Part shown: in pieces, positions 49,507-61,217 of the stretch
Layout: each line of letters starts with the position of its first letter
Position numbering within the stretch: position 1 is the first letter of the stretch
Source: Mobula hypostoma
Lineage: Eukaryota
Direction of reading: 5' to 3'
DNA: 64,000 nucleotides
NCBI RefSeq assembly: GCF_963921235.1
Contig: NC_086109.1
Coordinates: 26,786,001-26,850,000 of the forward strand
The notes under the pieces: generated by a model
Databases searched by the model: none
Told to the model about the DNA's origin: nothing
Seen by the model: only the letters and a program-made list of their open reading frames with translations
Position numbers and translations under genes: made by a program

Positions 49507-51235
49507 AACAACAGGAATTCTGCAGATGCTGGAAATTCAAGCAACACACATCAAAGTTGCTGGTAAATGCAGCAGGCCAGGCAGCATCTGTAGGAAGAGG
49601 TGCAGTCGACGTTTCAGGCCGAGACCCTTCGTCAGGACTAACTGAAGGAAGAGTGAGTAAGGGATTTGAAAGTTGGAGGGGGAGGGGGAGATCCAAAATG
49701 ATAGGAGAAGACAGGAGGGGGAGGGATGGAGCCAAGAGCTGGACAGGTGATTGGCAAAGGGGGATACGAGAGGATCATGGGACAGGAGGTCTGAGAAGAA
49801 AGACAAGGGGGGGGGGACCCAGAGGATGGGCAAGAGGTATATTCAGAGGGACAGAGGAAGAAAAAGGAGAGTGAGAGAAAGAATGTGTGCATAAAAATAA
49901 GTAACAGATGGGGTACGAGGGGGAGGTGGGGCCTAGCGGAAGTTAGAGAAGTCGATGTTCATGCCATCAGGTTGGAGGCTACCCAGACGGAATATGAGGT
50001 GTTGTTCCTCCAACCTGAGTGTGGCTTCATCTTTACAGTAGAGGAGGCCGTGGATAGACATGTCAGAATGGGAATGGGATGTGGAATTAAAATGTGTGGC
50101 CACTGGGAGATCCTGCTTTCTCTGGCGGACAGAGCGTAGATGTTCAGCAAAGCGGTCTCCCAGTCTGCGTCGGGTCTCACCAATATATAAAAGGCCACAT
50201 CGGGAGCACCGGACGCAGTATATCACCCCAGTCGACTCACAGGTGAAGTGTTGCCTCACCTGGAAGGACTGTTTGGGGCCCTGAATGGTAGTAAGGGAGG
50301 AAGTGTAAGGGCATGTGTAGCACTTGTTCCGCTTACACGGATAAGTGCCAGGAGGGAGATCACTGGGGAGGGATGGGGGGGATGAATGGACAAGGGAGTT
50401 GTGTAGGGAGCGATCCCTGCGGAATGCAGAGAGAGTGGGGGAGGGAAAGATGTGCTTAGTGGTGGGATCCCGTTGGAGGTGGCGGAAGTTACGGAGAATA
50501 ATATGTTGGACACGGAGGCTGGTGGGGTGGTAGGTGAGGACCAGGGGAACCCTATTCCTAGTGGGGTGGCGGGAGGATGGAGTGAGAGCAGATGTACGTG
50601 AAATAGGGGAGATGCGTTTAAGAGCAGAGTTGATAGTGGAGGAAGGGAAGCCCCTTTCTTTAAAAAATGAAGACATCTCCCTCATCCGAGAATGAAAGGC
50701 CTCATCCTGAGAGCAGATGCGGCGGAGACGGAGGAATTGCGAGAAGGGGATGGCGTTTTTGCAAGAGACAGGGTGAGAAGAGTAATAGTCCAGATAGCTG
50801 TGAGAGTCAGTAGGCTTATAGTAGACATCAGTGGATAAGCTGTCTCCAGAGACAGAGACAGAAAGATCTAGAAAGGGGAGGGAGGTGTCGGAAATGGACC
50901 AGGTAAACTTGAGGGCAGGGTGAAAGTTGGAGGCAAAGTTAATAAAGTCAACGAGTTCTGCATGCGTGCAGGAAGCAGCACCAATGCAGTCGTTGATGTA
51001 GCGAAGGAAAAGTGGGGGACAGTTACCAGAATAGGCACAGAACATAGATTGTTCCACAAACCCAACAAAAAGGCAGGCATAGCTAGGACCCATACGGGTG
51101 CCCATAGCTACACCTTTAGTTTGGAGGAAGTGGGAAGAGCCAAAGGAGAAATTATTAAGAGTAAGGACTAATTCCGCTAGACGGAGCAGAGTGGTGGTAG
51201 AGGGGAACTGATTAGGTCTGGAATCCAAAAAGAAG
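49507..51235 (-). mobile_element. Penelope-like element, 5'-truncated, with an open 431-codon RT-thumb-GIY-YIG frame
   Basis: ORF 49933-51228 has GVAMGTRMGPSYA, FLRYINDC, LPFLDL, VYYKPTD, CKRNKCYTC and GVIYCVRCSRCGLLYIGETRRRLGDRFAEH. Terminal repeat at 49507-49650. Confidence 0.95.
49604..49639 (-). ncRNA. Minimal type-I hammerhead ribozyme motif, intact core
   Basis: Reverse complement: AGTC CTGACGA AGG-GTCTCGG-CCT GAAA CG TC^GACT. Stem I AGUC/GACU, stem II AGG/CCU, palindromic ACGU stem III, GUC cleavage triplet. Confidence 0.7.
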
Positions 51236-53739
51236 TTCGGCTATTTTAGTCATTCCATAAAATGTGTTTGAACAGCATTTCAGAGATTCTAAACTGAATC
51301 CTGCAGATATCCTACTAAGAACTTATACTAGAGGAAAGACATCTCCTCTGGGACTGACATTCAAAAAATACACCAACCAACAAGCTTGTATGTGGTAAAA
51401 ACAGGAGAGTCAGGATTGTGGTGATGTGATTGGCTGATACATCTACTACTTGATTGGATAGCCATGCACAATTTGCATGCCATTCCCTGTAATAGAGTTG
51501 ATTGAAAGTGAATTAAGTAAGATACTAGATAATGCCACAACAGTGTTCAAGGATGGCATTGGAAAACTCAAGCAGATCAAGGGTAAAATAGTGTTAAATG
51601 AAAATGTCATACCCAAGTTGTACAAAGCGTGTCTAGTTCCTTATACCATCCGTGATAAAGGAGCCAGTGAGCAAGATCAGGTGGATGCTAAAGGAATTTT
51701 TTTCCAAGGTTTCCATGGGCAATGGCATTGGTCCCACTAGGCAAGATGAATGGGTCTGTTTGGATATGAAGTGATTTTAAGGTCACCATCATCCCAGAAC
51801 TGAATGTAAACCAATACCCTCTCCCCAGGATAGAGGATATCTTTGCAAACCTTTCTGAAAGAAGGCACTTCAGCAAAGTTGACTTAGCTGAGCCCTACCT
51901 ACAGATGGAAATGGAAGAAGAGTCCAAAGTATTTCTCACCTTAAGCACTCACAAAAGGCTTTATGGTTATAATAGGCTTATCTTTGAAGTAGCATCAACA
52001 CCTGCATTCTGGCAACAAGTGATGAACAAGGTGCTACAAGGCTGCCCAGCTCTTCAGTGTAACCCAGATGACATCACTGTTACTGTAAGGATGCCGAGAA
52101 ACATCTCCAAAATCTCAAGGCATTGTTAAAATATTAGAAGGTCATTGGCTCAGCGCATGATGCAACAGGTGTGAATTCTTTAAAACAAGTGTCATTCCCT
52201 GTGGTCACACTATTGATACACAGGGATCACAAAAGTGTACTGTGAAATTCAAGCAGATGTGGATGTTTGAAGGCCCAAAGATGTGTCACAGTTGTGATCC
52301 TTTTTAGGATTTGTCAATTACTATAATAGGTTCTCACCAAACTTGGCTACTGTGCTGCACCCCTTGAACTTGTTACTATAGTTCAGGAAGAAATGGCAAT
52401 GGACGGGGTAGTGTGAGGTGACTTTCCAAAAGTAAAGGAAATGGTGACATCAGAGACTGTACGAGTGTGCTGAGCCACATCATCCAGTGAAGCTTGACAC
52501 ACACTGTTCAGGATGCCAACACGCCCAGAAGGAAGGTGTCCAGAGTCAACTCCAGTGCTGTCAGAACCACTTCCTGGAGATCCTGATTCAACCCCTACAG
52601 CCAACACGGAGGAAGTCTCAGAACCTGAGATTATTTCACAGCCACAAGACTCGCCTGTCAAATAGAGTGACCACTCCCTTCATCCTCCCCCGCTCACCCC
52701 CGGTCAGGAAAGACGTCATCCCACAAGAATAAGAAGTCCTTCACAGTAGTTAAATATTTAAGCCTGAATTGGACAATGTAAAATACGTGTATGTACATAG
52801 ATGAATAGAGGGCAATACATTGCATATTTGAGTTGAGTTGCATTCTATTTTGAATTGGATTTTATAATTAGGCAGGGAGTAGTGTTTTGCAGTTAATATT
52901 TTATTGACATTTGAGTAGTATTGTATATTGTTTGATTCAGTATTTTTGTTTGTTTGATTCATTACAAGTTATATATAATAGCACGTGAATTGCATACATG
53001 CGTGCTTCGCTTCAAGTAAAAACAAAGTTAGACTCGCATCCCTGGCTCCCTTGTTTTCCTTTCAAATAATTTAATGTTTTGGAGTTAGAAAGCATAACAC
53101 CCACCAAGAGCAAAGCAAAAATATGGAATGCGCAGGGGCATCCAGAGAAGAGGAATACACTTCATTTAGTTGCTAGCTCAAAGGATCAAGTTGGCTTTGA
53201 GGAAGAATAAAGGAAGAGAAGTTTAAATGTTTAACATGGTGTGTCATTTTGATACCAATGATGACTATCTTCAACATTAACATGAAATCTAAGGAAAGTC
53301 CAGGCTCAGGTCTTCACAGGTAGACTCGTAACTTTAAACAATGCCATATAGTATTCACAATTCTACTGTATTGGAATTGATGGTATGTTTAAGAGTATTG
53401 TAATTTCTAACAGCTGAATTAAGCAGTAACTGTTTATTTTTATTCTTAATTATTTATTATTAAGCAGGACCAATTTATTTTTAATTCATTATTTACCACA
53501 AAAGCAAATGCCAATAATATATCCTTTACCACAATGTTTCAGACACTTTGCGTCATTTGTAATTTCTTTCCAAGAAATTTCAAACACAATTCATTTGGGT
53601 TTATTGCTAATCTCAACGTGTTTTGCTAAACTAGTTCACCCACATTTATCTTAGGGCAGGATAATTGGAAATTTTTGTTTTGACTAATCCCCTTGAGCCA
53701 TGCTTAGGATAATTACTTTTCTTTTCTGACCATGATAGT

Positions 53740-54450
53740 AGATGTTCCCAGTTCGGCCTCTTCTACATCAGTGATATCCGACGTAGATTGTGGGATGGCT
53801 GTGTCGAGCACTTTCACTCCATCTCCCATAAAAATCAGAATTTTCTGGTGGCCACCCATTTCATTTTGACTTCTCATTCCCATTCCAGCCTTTCTACTGC
53901 CAGGATGAGGCCACACTCTGGTTGGGGGAACAACACCTCAAATTCTGTTTGGATAGCCTCCAACCTGATGACATGAACATTAATTTCTCTAGCTTCTGGT
54001 AATTTCTTTGCTCTTCCCCTTCTCACTTTTTTCCATTCCCCATTCTTATTTGCCTCTCACCCCTTCTCTTCTCCTCACCTGACCATCACCTCCTTTTGCA
54101 GCTTTTCCTCCTTTCTTATTTTCCAAGATCCTCTGTCCTCTCTGATCATATTCCTCCTTCAGTTCTTTACCCTTTCCACCTTTCACTTCCCAATTTCTTA
54201 CTTAATCCCACTCCCCCACCCATGCACATTCCCCCTCACCTGGTTTCACTTATCACCTGCCAGCTTGAGCTCCTTCTCCTTCTCCTATATTCTTATTCTG
54301 ACTTCTGTCCCCTTCCTTTCTAATCCTGATGAAGTCTCTTGGCCTGATCATCGACTGTTCATTCCCCTTCATTGAATTCCAAGTTCCTCCAGTGTTTTCT
54401 GTGTGTTTCTCAAGATTTAAAACATCTGCAAAATCCTTTCTGTTCATTAT
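53740..54450 (+). mobile_element. Decayed Penelope 3' end
   Basis: ORF 53788-53976 has VATHFILTSHSHS. Degenerate terminal repeat with ctgatgaag at ~54325. Confidence 0.75.
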
Positions 54451-55079
54451 ATATTTCCTCTGTTTGATTTCTTTCCTTGTCTCATTTCATTTTCTCCATT
54501 CCAAAGGCAAGTGATTCTATTACCTGAATGATTACATTAGCCAACTATGTGCATTGGCTACAAGCGGCAATTCAACTTGAAACAGCCATGCATCCACATT
54601 TTTCAACAAGGCTCATTGAATTTTAATTACCCGTCACTATTTTCACTTGCTATAACTTTGCGTGCAACGTCAGTAAAACCAAATGGTCTGTGTCTTCTTA
54701 CTAACTAACAACAAGTACATCTGAAGCTCTTGGTCAGAATGCTAGTACTTGCAAGTCTGAAACTTGCTGAAATTCTCTGAACTGTGAAAGACTTCTGCAT
54801 TTGCCACAAACCTCCACCTGGTTAGTGAAGTGACTGCATTTGGTCTCCATGTTAAAGTGAATCCCAGAAGTTGCTTGTAATGGAATTGTATAGATTTTTT
54901 TTTATGAATTAAACATTTCTAGAGAGTGCTTTGTCTGTATTTGCCTTTGAATATTTATCATTGATTACGCTTGTTATGTTATTAGTCAAATTCAATAGTA
55001 TTTGATTGAACTTGAAGGGCCTAATAATGTTAAGGGGAATAAGATAAAGACTACCATTGATTCTGTTTTTGCTTTTCAG

Positions 55080-55243
55080 GTCTCTGGATTTGACAGGCCC
55101 TCTACTCCTTGGTGGAGTTCCAAACCTGCCTGAAGACTTTCCACTTCAGAACCATGAATTTATGGGATGCATGAAGAACTTATTAATAGATAACCAGCAA
55201 ATTGATATGGCTGATTTCATTGCAAATAATGGCACAGTATCAG
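55080..55243 (+). CDS. CELSR2: CELSR2 internal exon, end of LamG, 164 nt
   Basis: Acceptor tttgcttttcag, donor cag|gtaata. Encodes SLDLTGPLLLGGVPNLPEDFPLQNHEFMGCMKNLLIDNQQIDMADFIANNGTVS(G). Confidence 0.93.
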
Positions 55244-55429
55244 GTAATAAGATGGTCCAAAGTAACTGGGTTGCCACACCCCATTTCAGAGGATTTGTTT
55301 ATGTTATCACAGCTCTTCCTCACTCCATTGCTTCCACCTTTTTACGGTATCATTAAAACATGAGTAAAAGCTATTTATTTTTATCATCTTAGGGATTTTT
55401 AACCCTGATGCTCTTTCTGGGCTCTTATA

Positions 55430-55870
55430 GAGAAATGCAGCACATAAACAGGCCTTCAGCCGAACTCATCCATACTGACCAAGTTGTCTACTCGAACTAG
55501 TCTTGCACTTGGCCCATCTCTCTCTAAGCCTTTTCTATTCTTGATGTATTTTAAACATCATAATTATACCGACATCTACTGCATCCTCTGGCAGCACATT
55601 CCATATACCGACCTCCTGCTACGTGGAGCACTTTATCCCTTTTGAGTCTTTCCCTTCTTAAACCAATGCCTTCTAGTTTTAGGCTACTCTACACTGAGAA
55701 AGAGATTACAATTATTCACATTATCAATGTCTTTCCTGATTTTCTAAACCTCTATCAGGTCTCCTCTCAGCCTCCTGCACTCGAGAGTTGAAAGACCCTG
55801 ACTTTCCATGCATAGATCAAACCCTCCAGTTACAGTGTCATCTCGTAAATCTTTTCTGTACCCTTCCCAG
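55430..55870 (-). mobile_element. Decayed CR1 3' end
   Basis: CR1-type 3' UTR (agaaatgcagcacataaacaggcc) and minus-strand ORF2 tail remnants. Confidence 0.6.
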
Positions 55871-56295
55871 CTGCCCATCAACTTGGAAACAACTCTGCGT
55901 TTTAATTAGTGTACCATGAGGAGAAGACAATAGTTTCAAGAGGAATATACCAGTGAGAGGCATTAATCCATGGAAAATCGAGGGTTAATTTGGAAGGATT
56001 TTCTCTTCTGAGCAACTGTAAAGCCTTACAGAGGAGAAAAAAAAGTATATTTAAATAACAGCATAATGTCTTAGAAATAAATCAGCATGGGGATGTGTAT
56101 GAATTAAGATGCAAATAAAGACAATTTCAATTATTTTAATGCTTTACTTTTAAAAGTAGAGAATATTTGTTTCCATTTGCTTCTCGTTCACCTTCAAAGA
56201 GCTGGATGAATTCTCAGCCTGAACTAGGGTTATACTCTGTTATACCATATACACATGTCAGTTAAATGATCTGTGCAAAATTTCTCTCTCTGCAG

Positions 56296-56421
56296 GGTGC
56301 TCTGCCAAGTGGAATTTCTGTGATTCAAACACATGCAAGAATGGAGGAACTTGTGTGAACAGATGGGAGACCTTCAGTTGTGAGTGTCCCCTGGGCTTTG
56401 GAGGAAAGAATTGTGAGCAAG
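56296..56421 (+). CDS. CELSR2: CELSR2 internal exon, EGF-like domain, 126 nt (not in ORF track)
   Basis: Acceptor tctctctctgcag, donor aag|gtatgg. Encodes (G)CSAKWNFCDSNTCKNGGTCVNRWETFSCECPLGFGGKNCEQ, with EGF cysteine spacing. Confidence 0.93.
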
Positions 56422-58853
56422 GTATGGATTTACATGCACAAACAGGACACATTCTCTAAAGTTGTCACTTCAATTAAAAAGCAACTTGACCTCTTTTATT
56501 AGTTTCTCCATTAATCTCCGCCTTCTGTGAAAGTAGATCCACACGCTAACATTCATTGACATGTTCTCAACACAAACTAATTAAATATATAGATCAGGAA
56601 AAAGAATGGGAGGAGAACAGAACATTCAGCTGAGATACAGTAATGGAGTGCCACATACTGCACCATAGCATTTCTACTGTGCCTGTTAAAACACTCATTG
56701 TCCCAAAGTGCTTTTGAAGTCTGGTCACAGTTGAACATTATTCAACCACTTTGCACACAGCCAGGTACCTTAGACAATAAGTAGTTAATCTTTTGTATCA
56801 TAATCTGGGGAAGGAATCTGTGCCCTTTTTCAAAATTATTCAGAGAGAGCAAATGGGACCTTGCACCCAAAGGACAACTCCTGTGACCGTCTGGCACTCC
56901 TTAAGTATTGCAGTGGAAGTGTCAGCTGAGACACTTGTTTTCTAATTCCTGGAGTGAGATTCAAACTCATAATCTGCTGACACAGAGAGAAAATGATTCT
57001 GAGTTTGTGACAGCTATCATTTCAAAGTTAGATTCTGAAGAAAAGAAGCAAATTTGTTTTCTTGATCATATACAAAGTGTAAGTAGTGATTGATTTAAAT
57101 GATTGAGCCATTTATGTTGACAAACGTTCTCAGCTTCTATTTTATAATGTGCTTTGAATGTAAAGCATGTGGATTTCAAGAGGAATCTGACAAAGTGCTG
57201 TTTCATAAATAAAATTCCTTTATGATATTAAAAGGAATGTGGGAACATGGGAAGAAGAGGTCCTTAGAATAGAAATGGGATGATGGTTAATGGATAATCT
57301 TTGGATTTGAGGGCTATATAACATGGCTCCTAAGAGAAATCAATAAATGTTTCATGAGATTTATTGTCCAACACTGAGTGCAGAATGCAAGATGAGTCTG
57401 AAACAACTGATCCATTGCTTCTGTACTTGGACTTAAGTCACTTAGTGAATTTTTATTCACTTGAAATCAAGGTGCTGTTGGCCAAGTGACTGTCCCTGTG
57501 ATATATTTGATTCAATGGTTCTTCAAAAGAATCTTATCAAGTGGTATACTTAAAAAGGAAATCAGGAGGGCTAAAAGAAGACATGAGGTTGCCTTGGCAG
57601 TCAAAGTGAAGGATAATCCAAAGATTTTTTACAGGTATATTAAGAGTAAAAGGATTGTAAGGGATAGAATTGGTCCTCTTGAAGATCAGAGTGGTTGGCT
57701 ATGTGCGGAACCAAAAGAAATGGGGGAGATCATAAATGGGTTTTTTTGCATCTGTGTTTACTAAGGAAACTAGCATGAAGTCTATGGAATTAAGGGAAAC
57801 AAGTAGTGAGATTATGGAAGCTGTACAGATTGAAAAGGAGGAGGTGCTTGCTATCTTGAGGCAAATTAAAGTGGATAAATCCCCAGGACCTGACAGGGTA
57901 TTACCTCAGACCTTGAAGGAGACTAGTGTTGAAACTGCAGGGGGCCCTGGCAGATATATTTAAAATGTCGGTGTCTACGGGTGAGGTGCCGGACGATTGG
58001 AGAATGGCTCATGTTGTTCCGTTGTTTAAAAAAGGATCAAAAAGTAATCCGGGAGATTATAGGCTGGTAAGTTAGACGTCGGTAGTGGGTAAATTATTGG
58101 AGGGAGTACTAAGAGACAGGATCTACAAGCGTTTGGATAGACAGGGACTTATTAGGGAGAGTCAACATGGCTTTGTGCATGATAAGTCATGTTTGACCAA
58201 TCTATTGGAGTTTCTCGAGGAGGTTACCAGGAAAGTGGATGAAGGGAAGGCAATGGATGTTGTCTACATGGACTTCAGTAAGGCATGGAGAGGTAGTAAA
58301 TTGGTTTAGTCATTGGCTCAATGGAAGAAGCCAAAGCGTGGTAGTCGAGGATTGCTTCTCAGAGTGGAGGCCTGTAACTAGTGGTGTGCCACAGGGATCA
58401 GTGCTGGGTCCATTGTTATTTGTCACCTATACTAATGATCTGGATGATAATGTGGTAAATTGGATCAGCAAATTTGTTGATGATACAAAGATTGGAGGTG
58501 TAGTGGGCAGTGAGGAAGGTTTTCAAAGTTTGCAGAGGGATTTGGACCAGCTGGAAAAATGGGCTGAAATATGGCAGATGGAGTTTAATACAGACAAGTG
58601 TGAGGTATTGCACTTTGGAAGGACAAACCAAGGTAGAACATACAGGGTAAATGGTAAGGCACTGAGGAGTGTAGTAGAACAGAGGGATCTGGGAATACAG
58701 ATACAAAATTCCCTAAAAGTGGCATCATAGGTAGATAGGGTCATAAAGAGAGCTTTTGGTACATTGGCCTTTAATCAAATTATTGAGTATAAGAGCTGGA
58801 ATGTTATGATGAGGTTGTATAAGACATTGGTGAGGCTGAATCTGGAGTATTGT

Positions 58854-59011
58854 AAACACGAGGCATTCTGCAGATGCTGGAAATTCAAGCAACACACATC
58901 AAAGTTGCTGGTGAATGCAGCAGGCCAGACAGCATCTCTAGGAAAAGGTACAGTCGACGTTTCGGGCCGAGACCCTTCGTCAGGACTGAAGGGTCTCTGC
59001 CCGAAATGTCG
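58854..59011 (-). mobile_element. 158-bp Penelope terminal-repeat insertion with 13-bp TSD
   Basis: TSD tctggagtattgt at 58841-58853 and 59012-59024. Confidence 0.9.
58951..58988 (-). ncRNA. Minimal type-I hammerhead ribozyme motif, intact core
   Basis: Reverse complement: CAGTC CTGACGA A GGG-TCTCGG-CCC GAAA CG TC^GACTG (5-bp stem I). Confidence 0.68.
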
Positions 59012-60474
59012 TCTGGAGTATTGTGTTCAGTTTTGGTCACCAAATTACAGGAAGGATATTAATAAGGTTGAAAGAGTGCAAAGAAGGTTTACAAGGATTT
59101 TGCTGGGACTAGAAAAACTCAGTTACAGAGAAAGGTTGAATAGGTTAGGACTTTATTCCCTGGAGCGTAGAAGAATGAGGGGAGATTTGATAGAGGTATA
59201 TAAAATTATGATGGGTATAAATAGAGTGAATGCAAGCTGGCTTTTTCCACTGAGGCAAGGGGAGTAAAAAAACAGAGGACATGGGTTAAGGGTGAAGGGG
59301 GAAAAGTTTAAAGAGAACATGGGGGGGGGCTTCTTCACAGAGACATTGGTGGGAGTGTGGAATGAGCTGCCAAACAAGGTGGTAAATTCGGGTTCTTTTT
59401 TAACATTTAAGAATAAATTGGACAGATACATGGATGGGAGGTGTATGGAGGGATATGGTCCGTGTGCAGGTCAGTGGGACTAGGCAGAAAATGGTTCGGC
59501 ACAGCCAAGAAGGGCCAAAAGGCCTGTTTCTGTGCTGTTGTTTTTCTATGGTTTCTATGGTATATGTTGTTTCAAACTACAATGTATTTATTTTGCAAAG
59601 GCTTAATTTATTGAGGGCTGGAATAATAATGCTTCCTCTGGCAAATCCTGCTTCCATCTTTTGTTTGTTAGCTTGTGTGGTATTAATGAAATTTAAAGTT
59701 CATTTGTGGGTGAATTCTTCTACAATTTGCTGTACTTGAATGCCTGTGGTTCAAGTATGTTCAGTAGGGAGAGAGTTAATGTATAAGGAATTAGAAGAAT
59801 TGTAACACACAGCATAGCAGCAAGTTTCCAAGAGTCCTAAAAGTTCACCAGATGTATCATTGTGTGTGCAATGCAGCAGACGGGAGAATAGTTTTAAGCA
59901 ACTCTGCAGAACTCCATCCATGGATCCAGTTACAGTGCACCTGCTTCTTGCGTGATGGAGCTTGTCTTGCATTAAAAACAACCCTTCAAAAGAAAGAAAA
60001 ATAAAACCTTGTATTTTTCACAAGAAAATGTTAAGGATGGCAAGATGATCTGGAATACTTACTTCTCAGATAAAAGCTTTATGATTGCTGCTAACAGAGT
60101 TTCAACGCAGCAGACCACATAGTCTTGTCCGCATGGTGAAACTTCACAAATAACCTAATTGTAACGTCCATGTGACACTAATAAATACATGTACCAGATT
60201 ATACAAGGGTACTTTTGCCAGTGAGCTTTCCATACCCTCGCTCAGAATTTTTGATAATAGAAGAGCAGGTATTTTTAAATTCATAAGCTGGTGTAATGCA
60301 TGTATTTTTAAACCAAATTTTGAAACATTTTAGCTATTATTCAGCTATGGAGGATTTCACATTCCTATGGAGGAAAGGAACTGTAAGTGTTTTGTGTTGA
60401 AAGCCAGCATCAGTCCTGATCATAACAATTGACCTGGGTGCCAGAGGTTAAAGCTCTATATCTGACACATACCA

Positions 60475-60510
60475 AGTCCTGATGAAGGGTCTCAGCCTGA
60501 AACGTCAACT
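60475..60510 (+). ncRNA. Hammerhead motif (stem I mismatch) in a solo Penelope terminal fragment (~60475-60572)
   Basis: AGTC CTGATGA AGG-GTCTCAG-CCT GAAA CG TC AACT. Confidence 0.55.
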
Positions 60511-60703
60511 CTTTTCCTCTCCATAGATGCTGCCTGACCTGCTGAGTTCCTCCAGCATTTTGTGTGTGTTACTGGGTGTCAGGTGATGTGATAGTGAAGC
60601 ACAGCAACAGAGGCATATAGGTACAGTGAGTGTGTGTGTACTTGCAAATGGGGTGAGATCATGCACTATGGTCAGAGGAAGCTAAATGGAGAATGCTTTC
60701 AGG

Positions 60704-61217
60704 TAGGGTTGCCAACTTTCTCACTCCCAAATAAGCGACAAAAGTAGCAGTCAAATACGGGACACTTGTGTTTACCCCGAGAAAGACTACCATGACCATG
60801 AAGCCTTGCGCGGGCACCTGTGTGCGCATGCGCGTATGTGCTGATTTTTTTTTTCTACAAGTTTTCCGGTTTTGGCTAATCTTCCTGATTCTGTCAATAC
60901 GTTTTTTCTACTTCATATAGGCTGTGTACTTATCATATCTTTCTTGCTTTTACTGTTAGTGTTATTTTAGGTTTTATGTGTTATATGGTATGATTTGGTA
61001 GGTTATTTTTTGGGTCTGGGAATGCTCAAAAATTTTTCCCATATAAGTTAATGGTAATTGCTTCTGCGCTTTACGCCATTTTGGCTTACTAAAGGTTTCA
61101 TAAGAACGGTCTACCTTAGCAGGGGAAATACAGGACAAGGGCAGTCCCGTATGGGACAAACCAGTTTAGCCCAATATGCGGGATGTCCCGGCTAATACGG
61201 GACAGTTGGCAATCCTG
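60704..61217. mobile_element. hAT (Blackjack-like) MITE with 8-bp TSD
   Basis: TIRs tagggttgccaact / agttggcaatcctg. TSD ctttcagg at 60696-60703 and 61218-61225. Subterminal (c)gggaca repeats. Confidence 0.85.

Larger units (their letters stand above)
48359..53099 (+). mobile_element. Gypsy/Ty3 LTR retrotransposon (Mag/K02A2.6-like), decayed, integrase apparently deleted, interrupted by Penelope
   Basis: TG..CA LTRs at 48359-48562 and 52883-53099, both ending cataaca. Polypurine tract aggcagggagtag before the 3' LTR. Gag with two CCHC knuckles (CYMCDRG*HTPNQC..CKKCNKVGHIQRTC). RT peptides YPLPRIEDIFANLS and KVDLAEPYLQM..YNRLIFEVAS. Confidence 0.88.
57549..59560 (+). mobile_element. CR1 LINE, 5'-truncated, with a Penelope-derived insert
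   Basis: Peptides [47 protein letters not shown] and LEYCVQFWSP. Tail ttctatggtttctatgg. Confidence 0.92.

Noticed and set aside
48354..53104. Target-site duplication for the Gypsy element
   Set aside because: The flanks caaac and cccac match only 3 of 5 and the LTRs are quite diverged, so a TSD cannot be claimed.
55057..55356. ORF-track extensions beyond the exons (also 2163-2363 and 46192-46455)
   Set aside because: Read-through into intron. CELSR similarity stops exactly at the canonical AG/GT sites.
2207..56421. Assignment to CELSR1 or CELSR3
   Set aside because: Residues such as FATKE, GESTT, PGGVSDG, QGPSEQK, IDMADFIANNGTV, CDSNTC and FSCECPLGFGGK fit CELSR2 better from memory. Some positions are CELSR1-like, so phylogeny or synteny should confirm.
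12745..60572. Recurrent ~36-bp palindromic motif could suggest CRISPR repeats
   Set aside because: The copies are dispersed on both strands kilobases apart, with no spacer periodicity and no cas genes, in a eukaryotic intron. The Penelope terminal repeat explains them.
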